Origin: Nitrososphaerota archaeon
GTDB lineage: Archaea; Thermoproteota; Nitrososphaeria; Nitrososphaerales; Gagatemarchaeaceae
Length of the DNA: 64,000 nucleotides
NCBI GenBank assembly: GCA_027886825.1
Contig: JAPCJS010000002.1
Location: 355 to 64,354, forward strand
Direction of reading: 5' to 3'
In this document: positions 1-8,523 of the stretch, in pieces
How positions within the stretch are numbered: position 1 is the stretch's first letter
How the letters are laid out: every line of letters begins with the position of its first letter
Translations under genes and position numbers: made by a program
Notes under the pieces: model-generated
What the model was told of the DNA's origin: nothing
What the model saw: the letters and a program-made list of their open reading frames with translations, nothing else
The model's database searches: none

Positions 1-603
1 ACGCAGTCGGCCCTCCTCGAGGCGATGCAGGAGCGCCAGGTCACCATCGAGAACACGACCTTCAGGCTGGATGCACCCTTCGTCGTCTTCGCCACTCAGA
101 ACCCCATCGAGTACGAGGGGACCTACCCCCTCCCCGAGGCGCAGCTGGACCGGTTCATCATGAAGGTCGCCATCGGGTACCCGTCCCAGTCCGAAGAGGT
201 GGAGATCCTGGAGAGGCGGACGAGGAGGCAGAGCGACGAGACGAGCCTGGAGGAGGTCGCCTCCAGGGGCGAGCTCCTCGAGATGAGGAGGCTGGTCGAG
301 GGTGTCCACATCGACCCGGAGATCGAGAGGTACATCGTGGAGATCGTGAGCAGGACGCGCGGGCACAGCGCCGTCGAGGTGGGGGCGAGCCCCCGGGGCT
401 CCCTCGCCATCCTCAAGCTCTCGAAGGCGCACGCCTGGCTCCACCGCCGTAGCTACGTGCTGCCCGACGACGTCAAGGCCATGGCGGTACCGGCCCTCTC
501 GCACAGGCTGATACTCACCGCCGACCACTGGATAAGGGGCACGAAACCCGAGTCAATAGTAGAGAGCCTCCTCGAGAAGGTCGACGTCCCGAAGGTCGGC
601 TGA
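1..603 (+). CDS. MoxR-like AAA+ ATPase, C-terminal part (5-prime end lies outside the window)
   Basis: Frame is open from nt 1. ATQNPIEYEGTYPLPEAQLDRF and the lid region are typical of MoxR. A DUF58 gene follows. Paralogous to 24157-25092. Confidence 0.9.
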   Translation, partial: TQSALLEAMQERQVTIENTTFRLDAPFVVFATQNPIEYEGTYPLPEAQLDRFIMKVAIGYPSQSEEVEILERRTRRQSDETSLEEVASRGELLEMRRLVEGVHIDPEIERYIVEIVSRTRGHSAVEVGASPRGSLAILKLSKAHAWLHRRSYVLPDDVKAMAVPALSHRLILTADHWIRGTKPESIVESLLEKVDVPKVG

Positions 604-745
604 ATCCCAAAAGGGGGCCTGGGCAACGCCCGAAGCCAGCAGAGGCGGCGGCGACGACGGCAGCAGGCCAAGCTGGAAGCGGTCGAGGATCAGTACCAGA
701 GCGTACGTACTCGCTTACCTCGCCATCCTCTCGTTCGTCGGCGGC

Positions 746-2008
746 TTGCTGATCTCGCAGCCCCTCATCTTCGTCTCCGTGCCGCTGACGCTCCTGCTCG
801 GGTTCACGGTACTGCGATCGCAGGACCCGCACCCTGACCTCGAGGTCGAGAGAGAGACCGAGAAGGTGCGGATCAGGGAGGGTGAGACCACCAGGGTGAG
901 GTTGAGGGTGAGAAACCTTGGTTCGAGACCCGTCGCGATGCTGCAGATAAGGGACCGAGTACACGCCGAGCTACGCGGGAAGAACACGCACAGCGGGTTT
1001 TCGTCCTCTCTGAAGGGAGGAGAGACAAGGGACTTCTACTACGAGGTATCCGCGAACTCCTTCGGAGTGCACACGCTCGGTCCCGTCCTCCTCCGTGTGC
1101 AGGACTCGACCGGTCTCTTCGAGTCCGAGGCGGAGCTCAGGTCATACTCGGAGCTGATCGTCTTCCCGGAGACGACCGAGAGGCTTGGGCACCTCGCGAT
1201 CAGGCCGCGGCGGACCAAGTCATGGCCGGGCGAGATAGTCGCCAGGCGGGCCGGAACGGGGATGGACTACTACAAGATCAGGAGGTTCATGCCGGGTGAC
1301 CCTGTGAAGCGCATCAACTGGAGGGCCTCCGCGAGAGACGCTGAGGGGTCAGATGAGTTCCTGGTCAACGAATACACCGCCGAGGTCGGCGCGGAGGTCC
1401 TCATCGTCGTCGATGCAGGCCGGGCCAGAGGTGAGGTACCAGGCCGCCACCCCAATGTGGTATACTCGGTCAAGGCGGCCATCTCCATTGCAGAGAGGCT
1501 GCTGCACGACCGAAACCGGGTCGGACTCTTGACCGCCGGGGAGAACCCCCGCAGGATCACCGCAGGATATGGGCGGCGGCAGTTCGACAGGATCGCTCTG
1601 TCGCTCCTGCAGCTCGAGCCCGGGGAATCGGACATCCAGCTGTGGGTAGAACGCAGCATCCACATGTTCTTCCCCAACATCTCCCAGATAATATTCGTCT
1701 CTCCTCTGGTGGATGCCAGCTCGAAGACCGCCGCTGCAGAGCTCACCCGCAACGGCGAGCGCGACGTCATCGTTGTATCACCCAACCCGGTAGGTCTAGC
1801 CAAGCCCGGGTCCGGAGGTCCGAACTCGAGGGAATGGAGAATCGCCCTCAGGCTCGCACAGATTGAACGAGGTATCGACATGGACCTTCTAAGGTCGGCG
1901 AACGCTCTCGTCGTCGACTGGACCACCTCCGCTTCCCTCGAGGAGGTCATGGAGATCCACAGAAGGGCGCTTTCCAAGTACGCCGCGCTCTCGGCGAGGC
2001 ACCGGTGA
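746..2008 (+). CDS. DUF58 (vWA-fold) protein, MoxR partner
   Basis: GMDYYKIRRFMPGDPVKRINWRASAR matches the DUF58 signature. N-terminal TM helices are present. TM-coding sequence (AYVLAYLAILSFVGG) continues upstream of the first ATG/GTG/TTG at 746, so the true start is uncertain. Confidence 0.85.
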   Translation: MLISQPLIFVSVPLTLLLGFTVLRSQDPHPDLEVERETEKVRIREGETTRVRLRVRNLGSRPVAMLQIRDRVHAELRGKNTHSGFSSSLKGGETRDFYYEVSANSFGVHTLGPVLLRVQDSTGLFESEAELRSYSELIVFPETTERLGHLAIRPRRTKSWPGEIVARRAGTGMDYYKIRRFMPGDPVKRINWRASARDAEGSDEFLVNEYTAEVGAEVLIVVDAGRARGEVPGRHPNVVYSVKAAISIAERLLHDRNRVGLLTAGENPRRITAGYGRRQFDRIALSLLQLEPGESDIQLWVERSIHMFFPNISQIIFVSPLVDASSKTAAAELTRNGERDVIVVSPNPVGLAKPGSGGPNSREWRIALRLAQIERGIDMDLLRSANALVVDWTTSASLEEVMEIHRRALSKYAALSARHR

Positions 2009-2158
2009 TGCGCGCTGGGAGATAGCAGCGACGAAGACGTCAGAGAGCTGCCGACGGGGCACCGACGCGCCTCCGCCGCACCGAGGGAACTCGCTGTCTC
2101 GTTCGAAGCGTACTCCTTTGTTCTCTTCTGCGCGCTCGCCCTGTCGGCTATCGCCCTC

Positions 2159-2641
2159 TTGCCTGGTTTCTACGTGATCTTTCTGGTCATCTTGGAGGTC
2201 GACGGGCTCGCGACGCTCGCGAACAGCGACCTCGTCGTATCCGTCGACAGGTCGATCTTCTTCTTGGCGCTCCTCATCCTATCGGTCGCGCAGGGTTCGC
2301 ACGATCTCTTCTTCCTGTTTCTTGAAGTCGTTCTGGTGATCACCGCTCTAGACTTCTCGTTCCTTCTGAGGAGGATCCGTGGTACGATCGTCGACCCTTC
2401 GGTCCTCAGAAGCAGACTGGAATCGTACGCATACACCGCCGTTCCCGCCTTCCTGTTCTCGTATTTTCTTACCTTTCTGTATTCGTTCATATCTGGCGTC
2501 TCTCTCCCTGACCCCCTCGCGCTGCTCGCGGTCTCCTCCACTGGGGCGCTGTTTGCGATCTACGCAGTCTCCCGGTACCTTTCGTCTCGCATCACCACGA
2601 TTCGGCGATGGGTGAGCCTGGAGGCTCGTCCCGATGCGTGA
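2159..2641 (+). CDS. polytopic membrane protein, third gene of the MoxR-DUF58 module
   Basis: Four to five hydrophobic helices. The same frame stays open and hydrophobic upstream, right back to the DUF58 TGA stop. A CTG at 2048 is a possible start. Confidence 0.55.
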   Translation: MPGFYVIFLVILEVDGLATLANSDLVVSVDRSIFFLALLILSVAQGSHDLFFLFLEVVLVITALDFSFLLRRIRGTIVDPSVLRSRLESYAYTAVPAFLFSYFLTFLYSFISGVSLPDPLALLAVSSTGALFAIYAVSRYLSSRITTIRRWVSLEARPDA

Positions 2642-2679
2642 AAGAAAACTTTTTCGTTCAGTGAGACGAGCGGACAGCT

Positions 2680-3399
2680 GTGACCAAGGATTTCTTCGTT
2701 GGGGTCTCCGGCTTCAGTTATCCCGGCTGGAAGGGAAGGTTCTATCCGAAGGACCTGAAGAGCGAGGAGTTTCTCGCATACTACTCTCAGCATCTGCAGA
2801 GCGTGGAGATCAACAGCTCGTTCTACGCGTCCCCGAGCGCCGCCACGGTGAAGAGCTGGTGCGAGAGGACCGGCGAGCGCTTCAGGTTCTCCTTCAAGGC
2901 GCCGCGGCAGGTCACCCACATCCTGAAGCTCGGGAAGGGCTCGGTCGAGGCGGCAGGCCGGTTCTCGAAGGTGCTGGACCTGGGTCCGAGGCGGGGTCCG
3001 ATCCTGTTCCAGCTCCCTCCCTACTCGAAGCTGGACCTCGAGCTGCTCGGCGGGTTTCTGTCAGAGACCTCCGATATCAGGGACAGGGTCTTCGAGTTCA
3101 GGCACCAGTCCTGGTTCCAGGAGCCGACGTACCAGCTGCTCGAGAGGAACGGTGCGGGCTTCTGCATCGCGGAGACCGAGGATCTCAAGCCGACGTTCCG
3201 GGTCACGGGAGGGTTCGCCTACTTCAGATTGAGAATGGAGGCCTACACAGCGAAGGCCATCGACAAGTGGGCTGAGAAGATCGGCGAGACGTCGAAGGGC
3301 CTGCGGGAGAGCTACGTCTACCTCCGGCACGACGAGACGGGGGAGAACGCCGTCCTGGCCCAGAGGCTCTCTGAGAGACTGAAGAGCACGAAAGGCTGA
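2680..3399 (+). CDS. DUF72 (YecE/UPF0759) family protein
   Basis: GxSGFSYPGWKGRFYP, LAYYSQHLQSVEINSSFY and FSFKAP blocks are typical of DUF72. GTG start. Confidence 0.85.
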   Translation: MTKDFFVGVSGFSYPGWKGRFYPKDLKSEEFLAYYSQHLQSVEINSSFYASPSAATVKSWCERTGERFRFSFKAPRQVTHILKLGKGSVEAAGRFSKVLDLGPRRGPILFQLPPYSKLDLELLGGFLSETSDIRDRVFEFRHQSWFQEPTYQLLERNGAGFCIAETEDLKPTFRVTGGFAYFRLRMEAYTAKAIDKWAEKIGETSKGLRESYVYLRHDETGENAVLAQRLSERLKSTKG

Positions 3400-3600
3400 G
3401 CCGGTATCATCATGATGGCGGCAGATCCATCCATTCGCGGATCGTCATCATAGTCGCTACACAGCCCGCCCGTCCCTCATAGGGCCGGGCCTGCTCGAAT
3501 ATTCAGGAACTGGCATCTTGATCTTGACGCTCAGCGCGGCGGAGGTCCTCCAAGCGATTCAAGTGCAGCCGTCCCGCCCCCTGATCGTCAGCCGGCGGAT

Positions 3601-3840
3601 ATGGATCTTAAACGGATAAATATGGCCGAGCTCCTTTTCGGGACGTCCTTGACGACCTATGACTGCTGCGGGCTCAAGTACGAGGACGGAAAGACGCTCA
3701 CAGACCATATGAGGGCTGACCACAGTCTGCCCCAGTTCGCCGTCGCTCTCTCGTGCTGCGGGACCGAGTTCAAAGGGTCCAGGCAGCTGAGCGAGCACAT
3801 GAAGGCGCAACACAAGATCGCGCTGGCGCTCGAGACATAG
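3601..3840 (+). CDS. small tandem C2H2-like (CC-HH variant) zinc-finger protein
   Basis: Two repeats: YDCCGLKYEDGKTLTDHMRADH and LSCCGTEFKGSRQLSEHMKAQH. The start could instead be the Met at 3622. Confidence 0.55.
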   Translation: MDLKRINMAELLFGTSLTTYDCCGLKYEDGKTLTDHMRADHSLPQFAVALSCCGTEFKGSRQLSEHMKAQHKIALALET

Positions 3841-3899
3841 GGCCCTCCTCGCACTCTTGGCTGAACCGATCCGCTGGCGCCGGTAGACCGATCAGCCGG

Positions 3900-4742
3900 T
3901 CATCGCAGTTTCAGGCCCCCGCTCTCTTGGGTTAGGCCCGTCTTCCTACCCGTCGCTTCGAGCTCCGGGTCCGCTGCAGCGAACAGACCCTGAGAGGCGC
4001 CGCTCGGCCTCACCTTTCTCGAGTTCTCCCAGAAGTAGCCGAAGAGGTCGAAGCACCACTTCTGAAACTCCGCGCCGTAGCCGATGAAGCCGCAGCTGAA
4101 ATCGGTCTTGCCGTGCAGGTCGGGGAAGCAGATGCCTGCCATCCTTTCGTTCACCGCCAGGGATACGCTGACCCTGTCGGCGTACCTGACCTGGGCCCTG
4201 GGTCCGAGCATGTTCCTCGCCAGCCCGTAGGCCTTGTTTGGTACGTCCGTCTGGAGGATCAGCTCGATCGACATGTGGTCGGAGAGTGGCTTGTTGATCG
4301 ACCAGGGCAGCGGCTGGTCGATAATCCAGTAGAAATATTCCTGCGCCATCCCGAGGAGGTGCTGGCACTCGGTGAGCACGTTTGTCACGTGATCCACGTA
4401 GCTGTGCTCCGATAGCTCGCCGATCCTTAGCATGAACTCGCGGGGAATCGAGGAGGTGTCGTGCGCCAGGAAATAGTCCCGGTTCCTCGACATGAAGCCG
4501 ATGGATGGGAGCATCTCGGAGACAGCCCTGCCGAACGAGGTCAGCCTGTAGCAGCTATTCGGTCCCCTCTCGATCAGCCCGCCATCGGAGAGGCGCCCGA
4601 GGTGCTTCGACGTCTCCTGCACGGTCACCGACAGTTTTTGGGCGAGGTCGGTCTGTCTGAGGTCTCCGCCCCTGATCTCAGAGAGCAGCTTCAGCCTGTC
4701 GCCACTGGAGAGGAGGAACATGACCTCGGCCATCTCTTCCAT
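3900..4742 (-). CDS. winged-HTH (ArsR-like) transcriptional regulator with DUF1724/FilR1-like C-terminal domain
   Basis: N-terminal wHTH (DLAQKLSVTVQETSKHLGRLSDGGLIE) followed by a roughly 180-aa domain laid out as in archaeal DUF1724 regulators. Divergent from a methyltransferase gene. Confidence 0.75.
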   Translation of the reverse strand: MEEMAEVMFLLSSGDRLKLLSEIRGGDLRQTDLAQKLSVTVQETSKHLGRLSDGGLIERGPNSCYRLTSFGRAVSEMLPSIGFMSRNRDYFLAHDTSSIPREFMLRIGELSEHSYVDHVTNVLTECQHLLGMAQEYFYWIIDQPLPWSINKPLSDHMSIELILQTDVPNKAYGLARNMLGPRAQVRYADRVSVSLAVNERMAGICFPDLHGKTDFSCGFIGYGAEFQKWCFDLFGYFWENSRKVRPSGASQGLFAAADPELEATGRKTGLTQESGGLKLR

Positions 4743-4840
4743 TGTCGGAAGAAGTGGGCCCTCTCGATATCAACCTTCTGGTTGATTTTCAACGTCGCCA
4801 TTGAGGACATGCTATCAATCCAGCGCGGCTCATAATTACC

Positions 4841-5953
4841 ATGGAAAAGCAAGATCAGGTTAGCAACAACAGCAGAGGTTCGGGAGGCCAGCCGGCGACG
4901 GTCGACCACGAGAAGCTGAATCAGTTCCTGGGCAGGTTCGTCGCGGACCTCGGCGCGACGCTCCACGCGCCCACGGTCATAATCGGCGACAAGCTCGGGC
5001 TGTACAGGGCGATGGCGGGGGCAGGCGAGCTCACCTCATCGGAGATCGCGTCCAGGACCGGGACGTCGGAGAGGTACGTAAGGGAGTGGCTGGCTTCTCA
5101 GGCGGCGTCTGGTTACGTGATGTACAATCACCTGTCGAAGAAGTACTGGCTCAGTCCCGAGCAGGCCTTCACGCTCGCTGACGAGGCGAGTCCGGCCTTC
5201 CTGCCGGGAGCGTTCTACATAGCCGCCTCGGTCTTCAAGGACGAACCCCACATCCTGGAGGCGTTCAAGACGGGGAAGGGGCTCGGATGGCACGAGCACG
5301 ACAGCGACCTCTTCACGGGTACCGAGAAGTTCTTCCGCCCAGGCTACGCGGGCAACCTGGTCTCCTCCTGGCTTCCGGCCCTCGACGGGGTCGTGCCGAA
5401 GCTGGAGCGCGGCGGGACGGTCGCGGACGTGGGCTGCGGGCACGGGTCGTCCACGATCATCATGGCGAAGGCCTACCCGAGCTCTAGGTTCGTCGGCTAC
5501 GATATTCACGGTCCATCCATCGAGACGGCAAGAATGGAGGCGGAGAGACAAGGTCTCGGTGATAGGGTCAGGTTCGAGGTCGCAGCGGCTAGCTCCTATC
5601 CTGGAGAGGGGTTCGACCTGGTTACTGTCTTTGACGCTCTGCACGACATGGGCGACCCGGTGGGCGCAGCTTCGCACGTCCTTCACTCTCTGAAGCCTGA
5701 GGGGACGTGGATGCTCGTGGAGCCCTACGCGAACGAGAGACTGGAGGAGAACCTCAACCCCGTCGGCCGGATATTCTACAGCGCATCGACGGCCATCTGC
5801 ACGGGTGCATCCCTGTCCCAGGAGGTAGGCCTCGCGCTCGGCGCGCAGGCCGGCGATTCCAGGCTCCGGGAGGTGGTCACCAGGGGAGGGTTCACACGCT
5901 TCAGGAGAGCCGCCCAGACGCCGTTCAACAGGGTCTTCGAGGCCAGAGCTTAG
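4841..5953 (+). CDS. class I SAM-dependent methyltransferase with N-terminal wHTH (Rv2258c-like)
   Basis: Motif I is VADVGCGHGSSTII, and an acidic motif-II position lies in FVGYDIH. An N-terminal dimerisation/wHTH-like region is present. Confidence 0.85.
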   Translation: MEKQDQVSNNSRGSGGQPATVDHEKLNQFLGRFVADLGATLHAPTVIIGDKLGLYRAMAGAGELTSSEIASRTGTSERYVREWLASQAASGYVMYNHLSKKYWLSPEQAFTLADEASPAFLPGAFYIAASVFKDEPHILEAFKTGKGLGWHEHDSDLFTGTEKFFRPGYAGNLVSSWLPALDGVVPKLERGGTVADVGCGHGSSTIIMAKAYPSSRFVGYDIHGPSIETARMEAERQGLGDRVRFEVAAASSYPGEGFDLVTVFDALHDMGDPVGAASHVLHSLKPEGTWMLVEPYANERLEENLNPVGRIFYSASTAICTGASLSQEVGLALGAQAGDSRLREVVTRGGFTRFRRAAQTPFNRVFEARA

Positions 5954-6170
5954 AGCCGCCCGGGATCGGAGGCGGGTCGTCCCCTCCGAGGGAGGACACT
6001 CCCCACCGGCACGAACCTCCGCAGAGTTCGTCGTCAGGGCAGTGAAAGATCGCCCGAGGCACGGGGCGATTCAGAGCGGCCATGCAGGCCGCTTTCCCCT
6101 GAGGCCGCCTTTCAGCCTTCAATCGGATAAAGGTCCGGACTGTCTAGCTGATCAGCAAAGTCGGCGCCAT

Positions 6171-6656
6171 TCAACTGTTAAGGGCGTCGACTATCCTGTG
6201 ATGCTCCCTCTCCGGGTCTGCAACTTGTATCCCCTCCGATCTGGCACATTCCGCCAACTTCCTATCCGCCGTCAGGATCAGGGTCGATGCCGACTGTCGG
6301 GCGGTCGCCAGTTGCAATGCGTCGGCCTGGTAGATATGATGTTTCACGATAAGTTCCCTGGACTCCTCGAGCGTCTTGCTGCCGATGGGAAGGACGATCA
6401 GCCTCCTCATCGCGACGAACTTCTTGGTCTCCCCGACAAAGAGCCCCACAGCTTCCGCCATCGATCTCTCATCGAGATCTCCTCTCTGCTTCCTCGTATC
6501 GATGGCCCCGAGCACTTCACCGACGTTCCACGCCGAGAAAGCGGCCTGCATGTCACCTTCCTTCTCAAGGCCTGCGTACACAACATCGATGGACTCGGAA
6601 CCCTTCTCCTCGATGTATCGCTTCACGATCGCGCTGCTGTCAAGATAGACGAGCAT
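6171..6656 (-). CDS. vapC: PIN-domain ribonuclease toxin (VapC-like)
   Basis: MLVYLDSSAIVKRY carries the N-terminal acidic PIN motif, and later acidic residues are present. Overlaps the upstream small antitoxin-like ORF. Confidence 0.8.
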   Translation of the reverse strand: MLVYLDSSAIVKRYIEEKGSESIDVVYAGLEKEGDMQAAFSAWNVGEVLGAIDTRKQRGDLDERSMAEAVGLFVGETKKFVAMRRLIVLPIGSKTLEESRELIVKHHIYQADALQLATARQSASTLILTADRKLAECARSEGIQVADPEREHHRIVDALNS

Positions 6657-6912
6657 TTCTATCTCTTCTCTGGCTCGCGATCACCTCAGCTGAAGAGCCG
6701 GTCACCTTCGGTCTTCTGCTCCTTACTTCAGAGAGGGAAGGCAATTCGGATGCGGAGACCTTGCCTGGCAGGTTCGGCACTTTGATCAAGCCCGCGGCAA
6801 GGTACGATTCCAACGCGTCGCTCACGATGTCGCTTATCTTCCTGTTTCCCGATGTCTCCTTTAACAACCGTTTCAGGGATTCATCCACGTAGACTGTGAG
6901 TTTTTCCGTCAT
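6640..6912 (-). CDS. antitoxin-like protein (ribbon-helix-helix style N-terminus), VapB-type partner
   Basis: MTEKLTVYVDESLKRLLKE resembles an RHH-type antitoxin. ATG at 6912 is preferred over the TTG at 6936. It overlaps the vapC start by 17 nt. Confidence 0.6.
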   Translation of the reverse strand: MTEKLTVYVDESLKRLLKETSGNRKISDIVSDALESYLAAGLIKVPNLPGKVSASELPSLSEVRSRRPKVTGSSAEVIASQRRDRNARLS

Positions 6913-7091
6913 GACGTCATATCTCCAATCCGGCAAATTTAACCGTTTCAGAATCGGAGGTCGCCGAGAAGAGAAATTGCAATCGGGAAACTATGAAGAG
7001 CACGTGACGCCCTGGAAGCTCGCCAGGATGAAGCACCAGAGCTACTTGACCACAGCCTGAAGAGTTCACCCGGGCGGCAGAAGGGAAACTG

Positions 7092-7691
7092 TCAGTGGAA
7101 TGCCTCTTCTCTCTCGAACATCTTTATGATCTGGCTGATCTTCGTCTTCCTCGCCGCTTCGCTCTTCGCGTTCTCGAGCCTGAACACGACTGCGTAGACG
7201 TTGGCCTTGTTCAACGTCTTGAAGAAAGCTAGTGCCTTCTCGTTCTTCTTGAGCTGTCTGATGAAGTCTGCAGGCACCTCGGCCTTGCTCGGGGGGCTGT
7301 AGGCGCGCGCCCACCTGCCGTCCCGCTTCGCCTCCTCTATCTGCTTCAGGCCGGCTGGCCTCATCTTCCCCTCCCTGATCAGCCTCTCCGCGTGGCCCAC
7401 GTTGATCTTCGACCAGATGCTCCCTGGCCTGCGCGGGACGAACCTGTTGAGCCATGAGGTCTCGTCATAGGGACGGGCCTGTCCCGTGATCCACCCAAAG
7501 CAGAGCGCCGCGTCAAGTGCCTCGCCGGTGGTGACGGAGGCGACCTCGGAGCCCTTCCTGAAGAAGCGGATCCACGTCCCCTTCGACGAGGAGTGGTTCT
7601 TGGCCAGCCACTCTTCCCACTCCTCCGCCGACCTGAACTCGGCTACTATCTCGTCCACGGCAGAAAAAACGGGGACAGGGCAGATAAGCAT
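7092..7691 (-). CDS. YdeI/OmpD-associated (OmdA) family protein
   Basis: FRSAEEWEEWL, the CFGWITGQARPYDE block, and the C-terminal FFKTLNKANVYAVVFRLENAK block are characteristic of the YdeI family. Confidence 0.8.
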   Translation of the reverse strand: MLICPVPVFSAVDEIVAEFRSAEEWEEWLAKNHSSSKGTWIRFFRKGSEVASVTTGEALDAALCFGWITGQARPYDETSWLNRFVPRRPGSIWSKINVGHAERLIREGKMRPAGLKQIEEAKRDGRWARAYSPPSKAEVPADFIRQLKKNEKALAFFKTLNKANVYAVVFRLENAKSEAARKTKISQIIKMFEREEAFH

Positions 7692-7855
7692 CGTCCCTGA
7701 TCCGCCGGAGCCGCCACCTCAGCAGGACCCATCGACAGGAGCAGCATCACGACCCGTGACAGCGACTCACCGACTCGACCCAATTCCAATGTTTCGAAGA
7801 AGGATGCTCACGCCTCGGCTAGACATATTACGAGCCGCATCATTTCTGGCAGGGT

Positions 7856-8305
7856 ATGGGGCCGCTTCCAGATTCGGTCAAGAAGCTCATCGAGGCAAAG
7901 ACCTACGCGAACGTAGCCACGCTGATCCCTGACGGCTCTCCTCACGTCACGCAGACCTAGGTCGACCACGACGGGGACATTGTCCTGATCAACGTCGTCG
8001 AAGGGAGCCAGAAGCACAGGAATGTGAGCAGAAATCCCAAGATCGCTCTCGACGTCTGCGATCCGACCAGCCCCTTCAACATGGCCGTTATCCGTGGCCG
8101 GGTCAGGGAGGTGACCTTCGATGGGGCAGAAGAGCACATCGACAAGATGGCCAAAAAGTACCTGAGGCAGGACAGGTATCAAATGCGGGTCCCGGGGAAG
8201 AGGCGCGTCCTCATCAAGATCGAGGCAACCCACGCCCTCGCTCCGTTCGAGGATAGCGCCCGCTGGAAGTCCTGGGACGCGCAACGGAAGAAGCAGCGGG
8301 AGTAG
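7856..8305 (+). pseudogene. PPOX-class (F420/FMN-binding split-barrel) protein interrupted by an in-frame TAG
   Basis: ATG at 7856 gives MGPLPDSVKKLIEAKTYANVATLIPDGSPHVTQT. TAG at 7958-7960 follows, then VDHDGDIVLINVVEGSQKHRNVSRNPKIAL continues in the same frame. The TAG sits where this family normally has Trp (TGG). Confidence 0.7.
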
Positions 8306-8523
8306 TCCGATGGACGGACCCCGCGGATAGCGTTCCTTCCCGACTGCGAACCTTGAATCTGGGACACGCTGTAATCAGTCACATCAGATTATGACGCTCT
8401 GATGGCCATTCCGGACAATCCCGTCGAAAGCCCGTTGACTAGGTTCTCATGCGGAGATCGGGTGCGTCGAAACGCTATTTTATGGCGCATGAATCAGGAC
8501 TGCAGATAGCGCGGCCCCAACCT

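Noticed and set aside
7958-7960. The in-frame TAG of the PPOX gene as a pyrrolysine codon.
   Set aside because: TAG is used as an ordinary stop by several well-supported genes here (for example 5951-5953, 24157-24159, 63298-63300). No pyl genes are visible. The family has Trp at this position, so a TGG to TAG mutation or a sequencing error is the simpler explanation.
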